Assembly (NCBI GenBank): GCA_036012755.1
Contig: DASCPX010000127.1
Location: forward strand, 1 to 64,000
DNA: 64,000 bases
Origin: Myxococcota bacterium
GTDB lineage: Bacteria > Myxococcota_A > UBA796 > CAJQPC01
Direction: 5' to 3'
Shown here: piece after piece, positions 29,895-38,403 of the stretch
Layout of the letters: the number at the start of each line of letters is the position of its first letter
Numbering within the stretch: the stretch's first letter is position 1
The notes under the pieces: model-generated
Database searches by the model: none
The model's input: only the letters and a program-made list of their open reading frames with translations
Told to the model about the DNA's origin: nothing
Position numbers and translations under genes: made by a program

Positions 29895-32246
29895 CTACTG
29901 CTGGGCCTCGACGACGATGGAGGGCGTCACGAAGACGAGCATCTCGTTTCGGATCACCGAGACAGACTTCGAGCGGAACAGCGCCCCGAGGATCGGAATG
30001 CGGCCGAGGCCCGGGACGTAGACGACCCCCTCGGCCTCCTCCGTCGCGAAGACACCACCGATCACCATGGTGTCCCCGTCGGCCACCAGCAGCTCGGTCG
30101 AAGCCTCCTTGATCTGGATGGCCGGCTGGCCCTGGACGGCGGTCGAGAAGTCAGGACGGTTGTTGTTGACCACGAGGGTCATGAAGATCTTGCCGTCCGA
30201 GGTGATGTGCGGCGTGACCATGAGGTCGAGGGAGGCCTGGACGAGCTGGACCTGCGTACCCTGTGCCGAGATCGACAGGTAGGGGATACGAGCGCCCTGG
30301 CTGATGCTGGCCGTCGTGTTGTCCAGCGTGGTGATGCGCGGCGCGGAGACGATCTCGCCCCAGCCCTCCGTCTCCATGAGCTGCAGGCGGGCGTCCAGCT
30401 CGACCAGCCCGGGAACGCTCCCGAGGGCGATAGCGAGCGAGCCACCGCCGGATGGGACGGGAAGGTCGACGGCGAGGTTGTCACCCGTCGGATCGAAGCC
30501 CGAGACGGTGCCCTGCTGTCCACTACCGCTCTGAGCGCCCGAGAGTCCGATCGTGCTCGGGAAGAACAGGCCCGTTCCGTAGCCAGTGGTGGGGCTCGCA
30601 TCGAGAAAACCGCCCCACTGGACACCCATCGCCTTGGTGAACGTCGAAGTAGCCTCGACGATGCGCGCTTCGATCTGGACCTGTGGAGTGGCCTGATCGA
30701 TGTGACGCAGGAGCTCCCGCATCTGCGCGAGCCGCTCCTCTGTCTCCTTGATGATCAGCTGGTTTCCGCGCTCATCGACCTGGACGCTGCCGCGGTTGCT
30801 GATCAGCTTCTCCAACTCGGCCTTGATGTCATCAGCGCTGGAGTAGTTGAGCGGAACGACGAGCACCTTCAGCGGGGTGAGCTCCTCCTTCGCGCGCTGG
30901 GCCTCCAGCGCGGCCTGCTGCTCGGACTTGATCGTCTCGATCGGCGCGACGCGCACGATGTTCCCGAAGCGCTGGGCGCCCAGACCCTTGGCCTGCAGGA
31001 TGGCAGCGAGCGCCTGGTCCCAGGGGACGTCCTCGAGGCGCACGGTGACCGTCCCCGTGACGTCGTCTCCCGCGACGATGTTGAGCCGGCTGACGTGGCT
31101 GATCAGCCGGAAGACACTGTGGATGTCGGCGTCGACGAGGTCGATGTTGATGCGCCGACCGCTGTAGGGCACGTCGGTCGCGCTCGTCATGTCGAACATG
31201 AAGCCCAGCGAGGTGCCGGCGAGGGCCGCAGCCTCCTGCGACCCCATGCCGCTGCCGAAGGCCTTCTGCGGATCGACGGTACGACCGGACTGGCCGATGA
31301 GGGTCTCGGAGCTGGAGTAGCCCGAGAGCCCCTCCTCTGTGTTCTCCGGGCCGCTCGGGCTCACGGCGCTGAAGCCCTGCTTCGCGAGGTCCCGGTCATC
31401 GAGCATGCTCGGTGGGATCTCGACGTCGATGTAGAGGAGGTTGTCGGCACCAGCCCGCACCGACCACTCCGTGTTCTGGCGCAGGCTGACAGCGACTCGC
31501 ACGCCCGTGCTGGTGCTGTAAGCGCGCACCATGCGGACGGGGCTGAGGAACTCCGAGGTGTCCAGCACCCGGCTGAGACTGCTCGGAAGCGTCGCGCCCG
31601 GGATGTCCACTACCACCAGGGTCGGTTCTGGCTGGCTCGTGGTGTAGTCGACCGAGCCGCTCGTCCCGATGACGATCCGCGACGTGTCGTCCAGGTTCTC
31701 GAAGTCCAGAGAGGACAGCGCCCGCCCCCGGACATCGGTCGGACCCGAGACCGAGTCGACCTCCTCGCCGCGCCCGAGCTGGTCGCGCAGCTTTCCGCTC
31801 TCGCTCGAGGCCGCCAGCAGCGGATCCGACGACGCCGCACCGGCTGTGATCATCAGCGTCAGGGTGTCTCCGTCCTGCAGGATCTCGACGTCGGCGGCGT
31901 CGCTCGTCAGGAAGATCCGCGCCGTGGCGGTGGCGCCATCAGCGGACTGGGCGAGCTCGACACGATCGACCATGCCGCTGCCGCGCGCCTTGGAGATGTC
32001 ACTGACCACCGCACCAGGGATGTCGACGATGATCGTGAGGCCCTCGTCCATCGTGAAGTGGCTCGCGGATGCGGCGACGGCGGCGGGGACCACGAAGGTC
32101 ACCTCGGCGCCGCTGGTGGTCGCATCGACCTGGACGGACTTGATCGCGCCCTCGGGATCCTGCGCCGCCAGCGGGCCAGCCGCGAGCGCCAGGGTGGTGA
32201 CGAGTGCCAGGGTCGCGACGCGACCTACGATCTTTCGGATAGTCAT
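29895..32246 (-). CDS. pilQ: Type IV pilus secretin with AMIN domains
   Basis: YSGRRINIDL, VRLEDVPWDQAL, QVQIEARIVEA, APRITTLDN, VPGLGRIPILGALF, EMLVFVTP. Confidence 0.96.
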   Translation of the reverse strand: MTIRKIVGRVATLALVTTLALAAGPLAAQDPEGAIKSVQVDATTSGAEVTFVVPAAVAASASHFTMDEGLTIIVDIPGAVVSDISKARGSGMVDRVELAQSADGATATARIFLTSDAADVEILQDGDTLTLMITAGAASSDPLLAASSESGKLRDQLGRGEEVDSVSGPTDVRGRALSSLDFENLDDTSRIVIGTSGSVDYTTSQPEPTLVVVDIPGATLPSSLSRVLDTSEFLSPVRMVRAYSTSTGVRVAVSLRQNTEWSVRAGADNLLYIDVEIPPSMLDDRDLAKQGFSAVSPSGPENTEEGLSGYSSSETLIGQSGRTVDPQKAFGSGMGSQEAAALAGTSLGFMFDMTSATDVPYSGRRINIDLVDADIHSVFRLISHVSRLNIVAGDDVTGTVTVRLEDVPWDQALAAILQAKGLGAQRFGNIVRVAPIETIKSEQQAALEAQRAKEELTPLKVLVVPLNYSSADDIKAELEKLISNRGSVQVDERGNQLIIKETEERLAQMRELLRHIDQATPQVQIEARIVEATSTFTKAMGVQWGGFLDASPTTGYGTGLFFPSTIGLSGAQSGSGQQGTVSGFDPTGDNLAVDLPVPSGGGSLAIALGSVPGLVELDARLQLMETEGWGEIVSAPRITTLDNTTASISQGARIPYLSISAQGTQVQLVQASLDLMVTPHITSDGKIFMTLVVNNNRPDFSTAVQGQPAIQIKEASTELLVADGDTMVIGGVFATEEAEGVVYVPGLGRIPILGALFRSKSVSVIRNEMLVFVTPSIVVEAQQ

Positions 32247-32273
32247 GGGAACCTCCTGCTGCCTCGGCGAGGC

Positions 32274-32831
32274 CTACTGCTCGACATCATCGAAGGGAAG
32301 CTCCATCACGATCTGGTTCGTGACGAGCTCACCGTCGATGGTCTGGTACTCCTCGGTGATGACGACCGAGTCGCTGTTGATCTGGGTGACCTTTCCCCAG
32401 TTCTTGCCAATGTACGTGCCAACCTCGATGACGTGCCCTACCTGTGAGGGATCCTGCACCATCGCCCGGGCGTTGGTGATCCCCCACACGATGCCGACCA
32501 GCTGGTACTGGTCGACCTCGAAACGCTGGAGGGCTGTCGGCGAGCTGATGGACTCTGGTCCAGCAGTCTTGAAGAACGAGCGGAAGGGGTCTCGCTTTCC
32601 GATCGGGTTGTAGGCGTAGGAGACACCGTCATCGATGGGGATGAAGATGTCACCGGACTCCTCCTCCTCCTCGCTGGGCTCTTCCTCGACTTCGGCGACT
32701 TCGGTGCCCTTCTTGCCCTTCCGGCCCTTTCGTTCCGTCTTCTCCGTAGCGCCGCCGCCATCGTCGCCGCACGCAACCATGCCGAGGCCCAACAGTCCGA
32801 ACACGAGGGGGATCAACAGGAATCGCTTCAT
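32274..32831 (-). CDS. pilP: Pilus assembly lipoprotein PilP
   Basis: Lipobox MVAC; YNPIGKRDPF, LVGIVWG, GTYIGKNWGKV. Confidence 0.93.
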   Translation of the reverse strand: MKRFLLIPLVFGLLGLGMVACGDDGGGATEKTERKGRKGKKGTEVAEVEEEPSEEEEESGDIFIPIDDGVSYAYNPIGKRDPFRSFFKTAGPESISSPTALQRFEVDQYQLVGIVWGITNARAMVQDPSQVGHVIEVGTYIGKNWGKVTQINSDSVVITEEYQTIDGELVTNQIVMELPFDDVEQ

Positions 32832-33484
32832 GAACCCTTCTTCCTCTTGTTCGCACTCTTGCCACCCCGGCCGCGCCGGCTTTCCTGGGCGTCGGCGTCA
32901 CCGACCTCGGTGTCCGTGAGGAAGCGGAACGTGACGGCCTTGCCCCTGACGAGCAGGTAGACCTTGCCAGCCCGGTCCTCCGGATCGGAGAACTCGATGT
33001 CGCGTACGTACACGATCCGGCCGAGCTTGCTCAGCCGGTCGAAGAACATCGCGACCTCGTGGTAGCTGCCGTAGACCTCGATGGAGACCGGGACCTCGGC
33101 GTAGTACTCGCGCCTGACCTCCGGCAGCGGCTGGAAGGCCCGGATCTCGAGGCCCGCCTTCTTGCCGATGGCGCTGACGCGCTTGAGGAGCTCCGGGATC
33201 TCCCGGTCGTTGGGCAGCTCGCGGAGTGCCTGCTTGAGATCGTTGGTCAGCTGGGCCAGCTCACGCTCGAACTCCTCCCGGTTCTCCGCGCGCGCCTTGA
33301 CCTGCGCCTTCTTGGCGACCAGCTCGGCGTTCTCTGCGTCCAGCGCGAGGGACTCCTCGTGCGCCGGGGTGTAGATCATGAACCAGAAGACCGCGGCGAT
33401 GACCGCGTAGACCAGCACGAACAGCGCGATCCGCTGCGAGCGCGGGAGGGCAGCCAGGCGATCGAGGAGGTCGGAAGCGTGCAT
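32828..33484 (-). CDS. pilO: Type IV pilus inner-membrane protein PilO
   Basis: TM plus coiled coil; LPNDREIPELL, YAEVPV..GSYHEVAMFF. Confidence 0.94.
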   Translation of the reverse strand: MHASDLLDRLAALPRSQRIALFVLVYAVIAAVFWFMIYTPAHEESLALDAENAELVAKKAQVKARAENREEFERELAQLTNDLKQALRELPNDREIPELLKRVSAIGKKAGLEIRAFQPLPEVRREYYAEVPVSIEVYGSYHEVAMFFDRLSKLGRIVYVRDIEFSDPEDRAGKVYLLVRGKAVTFRFLTDTEVGDADAQESRRGRGGKSANKRKKGS

Positions 33485-34066
33485 CTAGTCCTCCTCCTCG
33501 TCCGTGGTCGCGGGCTTCTTGGCGGAGGGGATGATGGCGCGTGCCGTCACCTGGAACTCCTTGAGCTTGTACCCCTCCTCTTCGACCTGATCGATGCCGA
33601 CCAGGTACACGTCCGTGAACCAGTCGGAGCGCTCCAGGTTCGACAGGAACTGGGAGATGACCTCGTTGGAGACCGCCAGACCGGTGAGGTTGAGCTGCTT
33701 GTTGCTCTCCTTGAGCCCGACCAGCTGCAGCTTCTCCGGCGTGGCGTCGGAGAGCTCGTCGAGCATCCGCACCGGACCCTGCTTGTTGGACTTGAGCTGG
33801 CCGATGACGTCCAGCTTCTTCTGCAGGTCCTGCTTGAGCTTGTCGACCTCGTCGACCCGAGCGACGATGGCCTTGAGGTTGTCGATGTCCTTCTTGAACT
33901 GGGCGTTCTCGGCCTTGAGGTCGGAGACCCGGGCCCCGACGATGACGTAGGCGATGCCGCAGACTACGAGCACCACGGCCATGCCCACGCCGCCGAGGAC
34001 GAGCTCGCGCTTGACCGCGTCCTGCCGCCGTGTGGCTTTGACCGGGAGGAGGTTGACCTTGATCAT
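33485..34066 (-). CDS. pilN: Type IV pilus protein PilN
   Basis: MIKVNLLP motif, TM, GPVRMLDEL. Confidence 0.95.
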   Translation of the reverse strand: MIKVNLLPVKATRRQDAVKRELVLGGVGMAVVLVVCGIAYVIVGARVSDLKAENAQFKKDIDNLKAIVARVDEVDKLKQDLQKKLDVIGQLKSNKQGPVRMLDELSDATPEKLQLVGLKESNKQLNLTGLAVSNEVISQFLSNLERSDWFTDVYLVGIDQVEEEGYKLKEFQVTARAIIPSAKKPATTDEEED

Positions 34067-35136
34067 GAATCGCCGATCCTCCGCATCGCCAAGCCGACCG
34101 CGACGGCCGCCTGGAGCGAGACATCGTGCAGGTAGCGGGGGTTGAAGGCGCGCTCGTCGATCTCGATGCGCCGGAAGGGGTCCATGATCTCGATCGGAGC
34201 CCCGGTCTTCTCAGCGATCGCTCTCGCGAGGCCGGGGGTCTTCGCAGCCCCACCGCTGAGGTAGATGCGCGCGAGAGACACGCCGGGCGTCGCGCTGAGG
34301 TGGAAGTCGAGCGAGCGATGGATCTCGGTCGCGAGGTTGTCCGAGACGTGACTGAGGATGGTCTCGATCTCCTCTGGGATGACCGCGTCCGCGTCGCCCT
34401 CGCTGCCGCCGACCTTGAGCATCTCCGCCTCTTCGTAGGAGATGTTGAGGTTCCGCTGGATCTCTTCGGTGAACTGGCGACCGCCCATGCCCACATCGCG
34501 GGTGAAGGCGGTCACGCCGTTCTGCAGCACGTTGATGTTGACGGTGCTAGCGCCGACGTTGACGAGGCCGACGAGATCCCGTGGCGCGTCGTAGTTCATG
34601 CAGAACATGTTCTCGACCGCGAAGGCGTCCACGTCGATGATGGCTGGCTTGAGCCCTGCTTCCTGGATCAGCGACTGGTACTCGTTGACGAGCTCTTTGC
34701 GGGCCGCGACGAGGAGCACCTCCATCTGGCCCGCCTCGTCTCCCTGCTCGTCGAGGATCTGGAAGGAGATGTTGACGTCGTTGATGTCGAAGGGAATGTA
34801 CTGCTCCGCCTCCCACTGGATGGACTCCTCGAGCTCTTCGAAGGTCATCTGGGGGAGGTTGATGCGCTTGATGATCACCGAGTGGCCCGAGATCGAGACC
34901 GTCGTGTCGCGTGTCTTGATCTTGTGGCGGTCGACGAGCTCGCGGATGGCGTCGACGATGACGTTCGTGTTCATCACCGCCCCATCGACGATGGCTTCGG
35001 GCGGAAGCTTGACCATCCCGAAGGTCTTCAGCCGCCAGCCCCCCGACTTCTTGTCATGGAGCAATTCCATGACTTTCACCGAACTCGATCCGATGTCCAG
35101 TCCGATGGTCTGGGTGCTCCTCGAAAAGAGGCCCAT
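34063..35136 (-). CDS. pilM: Type IV pilus protein PilM
   Basis: IGLDIGSSSVK, WEAEQYIPF, VLLVAARK, YLSGG, AVAVGLAMR; ATG 35136. Confidence 0.96.
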   Translation of the reverse strand: MGLFSRSTQTIGLDIGSSSVKVMELLHDKKSGGWRLKTFGMVKLPPEAIVDGAVMNTNVIVDAIRELVDRHKIKTRDTTVSISGHSVIIKRINLPQMTFEELEESIQWEAEQYIPFDINDVNISFQILDEQGDEAGQMEVLLVAARKELVNEYQSLIQEAGLKPAIIDVDAFAVENMFCMNYDAPRDLVGLVNVGASTVNINVLQNGVTAFTRDVGMGGRQFTEEIQRNLNISYEEAEMLKVGGSEGDADAVIPEEIETILSHVSDNLATEIHRSLDFHLSATPGVSLARIYLSGGAAKTPGLARAIAEKTGAPIEIMDPFRRIEIDERAFNPRYLHDVSLQAAVAVGLAMRRIGDS

Positions 35137-35199
35137 TTTGTGACTCCCGCTTCTGCTACCTACTGCGTCCAGCGTCGACCCCGACGGGGGCCTCACCGC

Positions 35200-35208
35200 A
35201 TTTTACCA
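35200..35208 (-). promoter_or_regulatory. Extended -10 promoter for the pilM operon
   Basis: TGGTAAAAT (TGn-TAAAAT) about 64 nt upstream of pilM ATG. Confidence 0.55.
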
Positions 35209-35449
35209 CGGCTGCGCCGGAAGGTCCCCAAGAGGACCTTGGCGTTCTACCGCATCCGCTACTGCTAATACAGACGTGCCAGTCGGTATCTGTTCCTCCG
35301 ATGGTCTTGACGTGGCAAGCTAGGAATAGCAGAAACCCAGCAATCGCGTCAACATCCACGCGCGCTGGGCGCGCATCCGGGCTTGCAGGCGATTTCGTGG
35401 AATCCTCGTGCAGACGTGCCTGCTTCGGCAGGCGCGCTATCCTCTCGTC

Positions 35450-38401
35450 GTGAGCGTGAACGCCGCACGACTCGCGGGTTCGACGTCCGCGCTGAGCCTC
35501 GGAGTCGCCCTGGGAATCGGGCTTCGGATGGGGCACGACCGCTACGGTGCCGCGCCCTTGGTGCTGGTCTCCGCGATGGGCCTCGTGGCGATGGGGATCG
35601 GCCTGGCAAGGGTGATTCCGGAGTTCGGCCCCTGGGCCCGTCGGGCCGCGCCGTGGCTCGGCGGCGGGGTCCTCGCCCTCACCCTTCAGGCCGACTCGGT
35701 CGCCCTGTGCGCGGTGGGGCCGCTCGCGCTCGGGCTCACCTGGGGATTCGCGGCCCGGTCGAGGCGCCACGCGGCCCTGTCGGTCATCGGCGCTCTCGGC
35801 CTCGTGATGGGATTCGCGCTCCCCGTCTACCTCTTCGTCCTCGCGGCGACGGCGCTGACCGTCCTGGACCTGCGACCCGACGACGACCTCCGACGGCCAC
35901 CGCTGCGACTCGGCGGAGTCCTACCGACGCTGGTCATCGCTGGCGGCGCATTCCTCGTCGTCGGGTGCTGGAACGCAGCGCGCGCTGCGCTCGACCCGAC
36001 CGCCGGCGGCTTGGTGATGGTCTTGCTGGTCGCCGCGGTCGTGGCCGCGGTAGCCGCGCTCGTCCCGACCGCCGCTCGACGCTGGTGCGATCCCACCGGA
36101 CTGGGCCTGGCTTGCCTTGCCGTCCTGGCAGCCCTCGCGGCTCTCCCCTACCGTGCGGAGGTCCACGTCGTCCCCCTCGCCGGTGTCGAGGACCCCCGGC
36201 CCTATCTCCTGGCCCTGCTGGGACTGGCGGGCGTCCCTGGAGGCCTGGCCATCGGTCTGGGCGCTCGGCGGCTGCAGGAGACAGGCGCCTCGCAGACGTT
36301 GATGTGGTTGGCCCTCGCGGCTGGCGCGCTCCTTGGCGTCCACAGCGGACCCGAGACCCGAGACCACGCGCTCGGCATCGCCTGCCTGGCGGGCCTGGCG
36401 ACGATTCTCGTCGCGCGTCAGTGGCTCGCGAAGGCGACGGGAGTCCTCGTGTGGGTTGGCGCCGCCGCGGTGATCCTCGGCCCCCTGCCCTGGCCGGAGA
36501 AGGAGTTCCTGCAGAGCCGCGCATACATCCTTCGGACTTCGGAGGCACCGGAGCTGGAGGCCGCACGCCGCGAGCGGCTGGAGGTAGCAGCCGGCGGCTG
36601 GGGACCCGCCGGCGCGATCTCCGTGGAGACACGGGGCGAGCGCTTCGACAGGCTCTCCATGGACGGCTTCACGGTCTCCTCGGAGGGGCGTGCCGAGGCC
36701 GCGACCCGACTCGCAGGACACCTGGGCCCGGCCCTGTCCTCACGCTCGGAGAGCGCCCTGGTGCTGTCCGACGGCGTCGCCTCCGTGACGCCGGGCCTCA
36801 TCGCCCAGGGCGTGGCCTCGATCACCGTCGCGGTCTCGGACACCGGGGGGCTCCGCGCGCTCCACGAGGTGGCCCCGGAGAGGACGGGCGAGCTCCTCCA
36901 CCCCTCGATCCGCCTGGAGGCCGGGCCTCCAGAGCGCGTCCTCGAGCGCGTGGGCGAGGTCGACGTCCTCGTAGAGGTGAGCCGGACGCCGTGGAGCGAC
37001 GCCTGGCAGGGCTTGCCAGCGGCAGGAGCCCTCGAGCGCCGTCGGGACCGGCTTGCCCCAGGTGGGGTGTACGTCCTCGTCGTGCCGCTGTCGTGGATGA
37101 CCGAGGGCGACCTCCTCGGGCTGTTCGCGGACCTCGTCGAGGTCTTTCCCGACGTGCGGGTCTTCCGATCACCCGAAGGGGCCGACAACGTCCTAGTGGC
37201 TGGCTGGGCCGAGGAGGGAGTGGCGACGTGGGACCGTGTCGTGCAGGCCGCCATGTTCGGCCTCGACGAGCTCATCCTGTTGGACATCCGCTCTCCCCTG
37301 GACCTGGCAGACCGCGCTCTCGCAGGCCGAGAGGCGCTGGCGGAGCTGAGCGCCGGCGCCGCTCGGGAACCGACCTGGCGACTCGGTCCCGTCCTCCACA
37401 CGCGCCCGCAGATGCTGCTGCCGGTCCTTCGCGATCACGTGGAAGGCGGTGACTGGCTCCTCGGAGTCGACGAGGCGACCCTCGAAGAGCTCGAGCTGCG
37501 CGCGGAGACCAACAGCTGCTGGCTCGAGGTCCTCGCCAGCGCCGCCGTCGGCGACTTCCCGGCCATCTTCGAGGGCGGGCGATGCCTGGATCGGCGCAAC
37601 CTCGACCCGCTGGTGGAGCCCCACCTCCAGGCAGCGCGCGAGGCCCTCGATCAGGCCACCATCGAAGGGCCGGGCTCGATGAAATGGCGGGACTGTCTCA
37701 CCCACGTCTCGACGGTGACGATGCTCCACCCGACCTCTGCGGAGGCATGGGCCATCGCGGGACGCTGCCGCCTCGTCGTAGACCGGACGCACGCCCGACG
37801 GGACTTCGAGAGGGCCCTCGAGTACGACCCCGCGCACCTCGACGCGCTGCTCGGACTGGCACTGGCACAGGTGAGAGGTGGCGAGCTCGGCGCCGCCGAA
37901 ACGACCCTCCGCAACGCGACGCGTCACCACAACCTGGAGTGGCGGCCCCACTACCACCTCGGCGCCCTGCTCATCGATCTCGGCCGCTACGACGAGGCCG
38001 AGGACGAGCTGGCTCGCGCCAAGGCCTTCGCCAAGGACGAGTCGTCCTTGCCGCTGGTCGCGCTCGCCCACGTCTACCTGCTCCAGGACCGACCCAACGA
38101 CGCCATCTTCTGGGCCGAGGCAGCCGTCGACCAGGACGAGACCGCGAAGAGCCTCGACATGCTCGGTCGCACCTGGCTCGAGCTGGACCAGGTCCAGGTC
38201 GCGGAGCGCAACTTCCGCAAGGCCATCCTGCAGGACCCCGACTACTGGCCCGCCCACGGCGGCCTGGGCCGCGCGCTGGCGATGCAAGGGGACTACGAGG
38301 GTGCCATCGAGTCCTTCGAGCGGGTCCTGTCACTCGACCCGAGGAACCCCATCGCGCTGGAGTCCCTGGCCAGGGCGAAGGCGATGGCCGAGCAGCCCTA
38401 G
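35450..38401 (+). CDS. Fused membrane domain / spermidine-synthase-like domain / C-terminal TPR protein
   Basis: Many TM segments, then LSMDG..RLAGHLG..ALVL..RLAPGGVYV degenerate methyltransferase fold, then TPRs; GTG 35450 lies 6 nt after TATCCT. Confidence 0.72.
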   Translation: MSVNAARLAGSTSALSLGVALGIGLRMGHDRYGAAPLVLVSAMGLVAMGIGLARVIPEFGPWARRAAPWLGGGVLALTLQADSVALCAVGPLALGLTWGFAARSRRHAALSVIGALGLVMGFALPVYLFVLAATALTVLDLRPDDDLRRPPLRLGGVLPTLVIAGGAFLVVGCWNAARAALDPTAGGLVMVLLVAAVVAAVAALVPTAARRWCDPTGLGLACLAVLAALAALPYRAEVHVVPLAGVEDPRPYLLALLGLAGVPGGLAIGLGARRLQETGASQTLMWLALAAGALLGVHSGPETRDHALGIACLAGLATILVARQWLAKATGVLVWVGAAAVILGPLPWPEKEFLQSRAYILRTSEAPELEAARRERLEVAAGGWGPAGAISVETRGERFDRLSMDGFTVSSEGRAEAATRLAGHLGPALSSRSESALVLSDGVASVTPGLIAQGVASITVAVSDTGGLRALHEVAPERTGELLHPSIRLEAGPPERVLERVGEVDVLVEVSRTPWSDAWQGLPAAGALERRRDRLAPGGVYVLVVPLSWMTEGDLLGLFADLVEVFPDVRVFRSPEGADNVLVAGWAEEGVATWDRVVQAAMFGLDELILLDIRSPLDLADRALAGREALAELSAGAAREPTWRLGPVLHTRPQMLLPVLRDHVEGGDWLLGVDEATLEELELRAETNSCWLEVLASAAVGDFPAIFEGGRCLDRRNLDPLVEPHLQAAREALDQATIEGPGSMKWRDCLTHVSTVTMLHPTSAEAWAIAGRCRLVVDRTHARRDFERALEYDPAHLDALLGLALAQVRGGELGAAETTLRNATRHHNLEWRPHYHLGALLIDLGRYDEAEDELARAKAFAKDESSLPLVALAHVYLLQDRPNDAIFWAEAAVDQDETAKSLDMLGRTWLELDQVQVAERNFRKAILQDPDYWPAHGGLGRALAMQGDYEGAIESFERVLSLDPRNPIALESLARAKAMAEQP

Positions 38402-38403
38402 AC

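Noticed and set aside
35221..35240. Inverted repeat AAGGTCC-N6-GGACCTT
   Set aside because: Single short palindrome with no second copy or U tract; cannot be assigned.
35263..35281. Sigma-54 promoter upstream of pilM (minus-strand TGGCACG)
   Set aside because: The -24 box is perfect but the -12 position reads TATT rather than TTGC; an extended -10 box at 35200-35208 explains the operon better.
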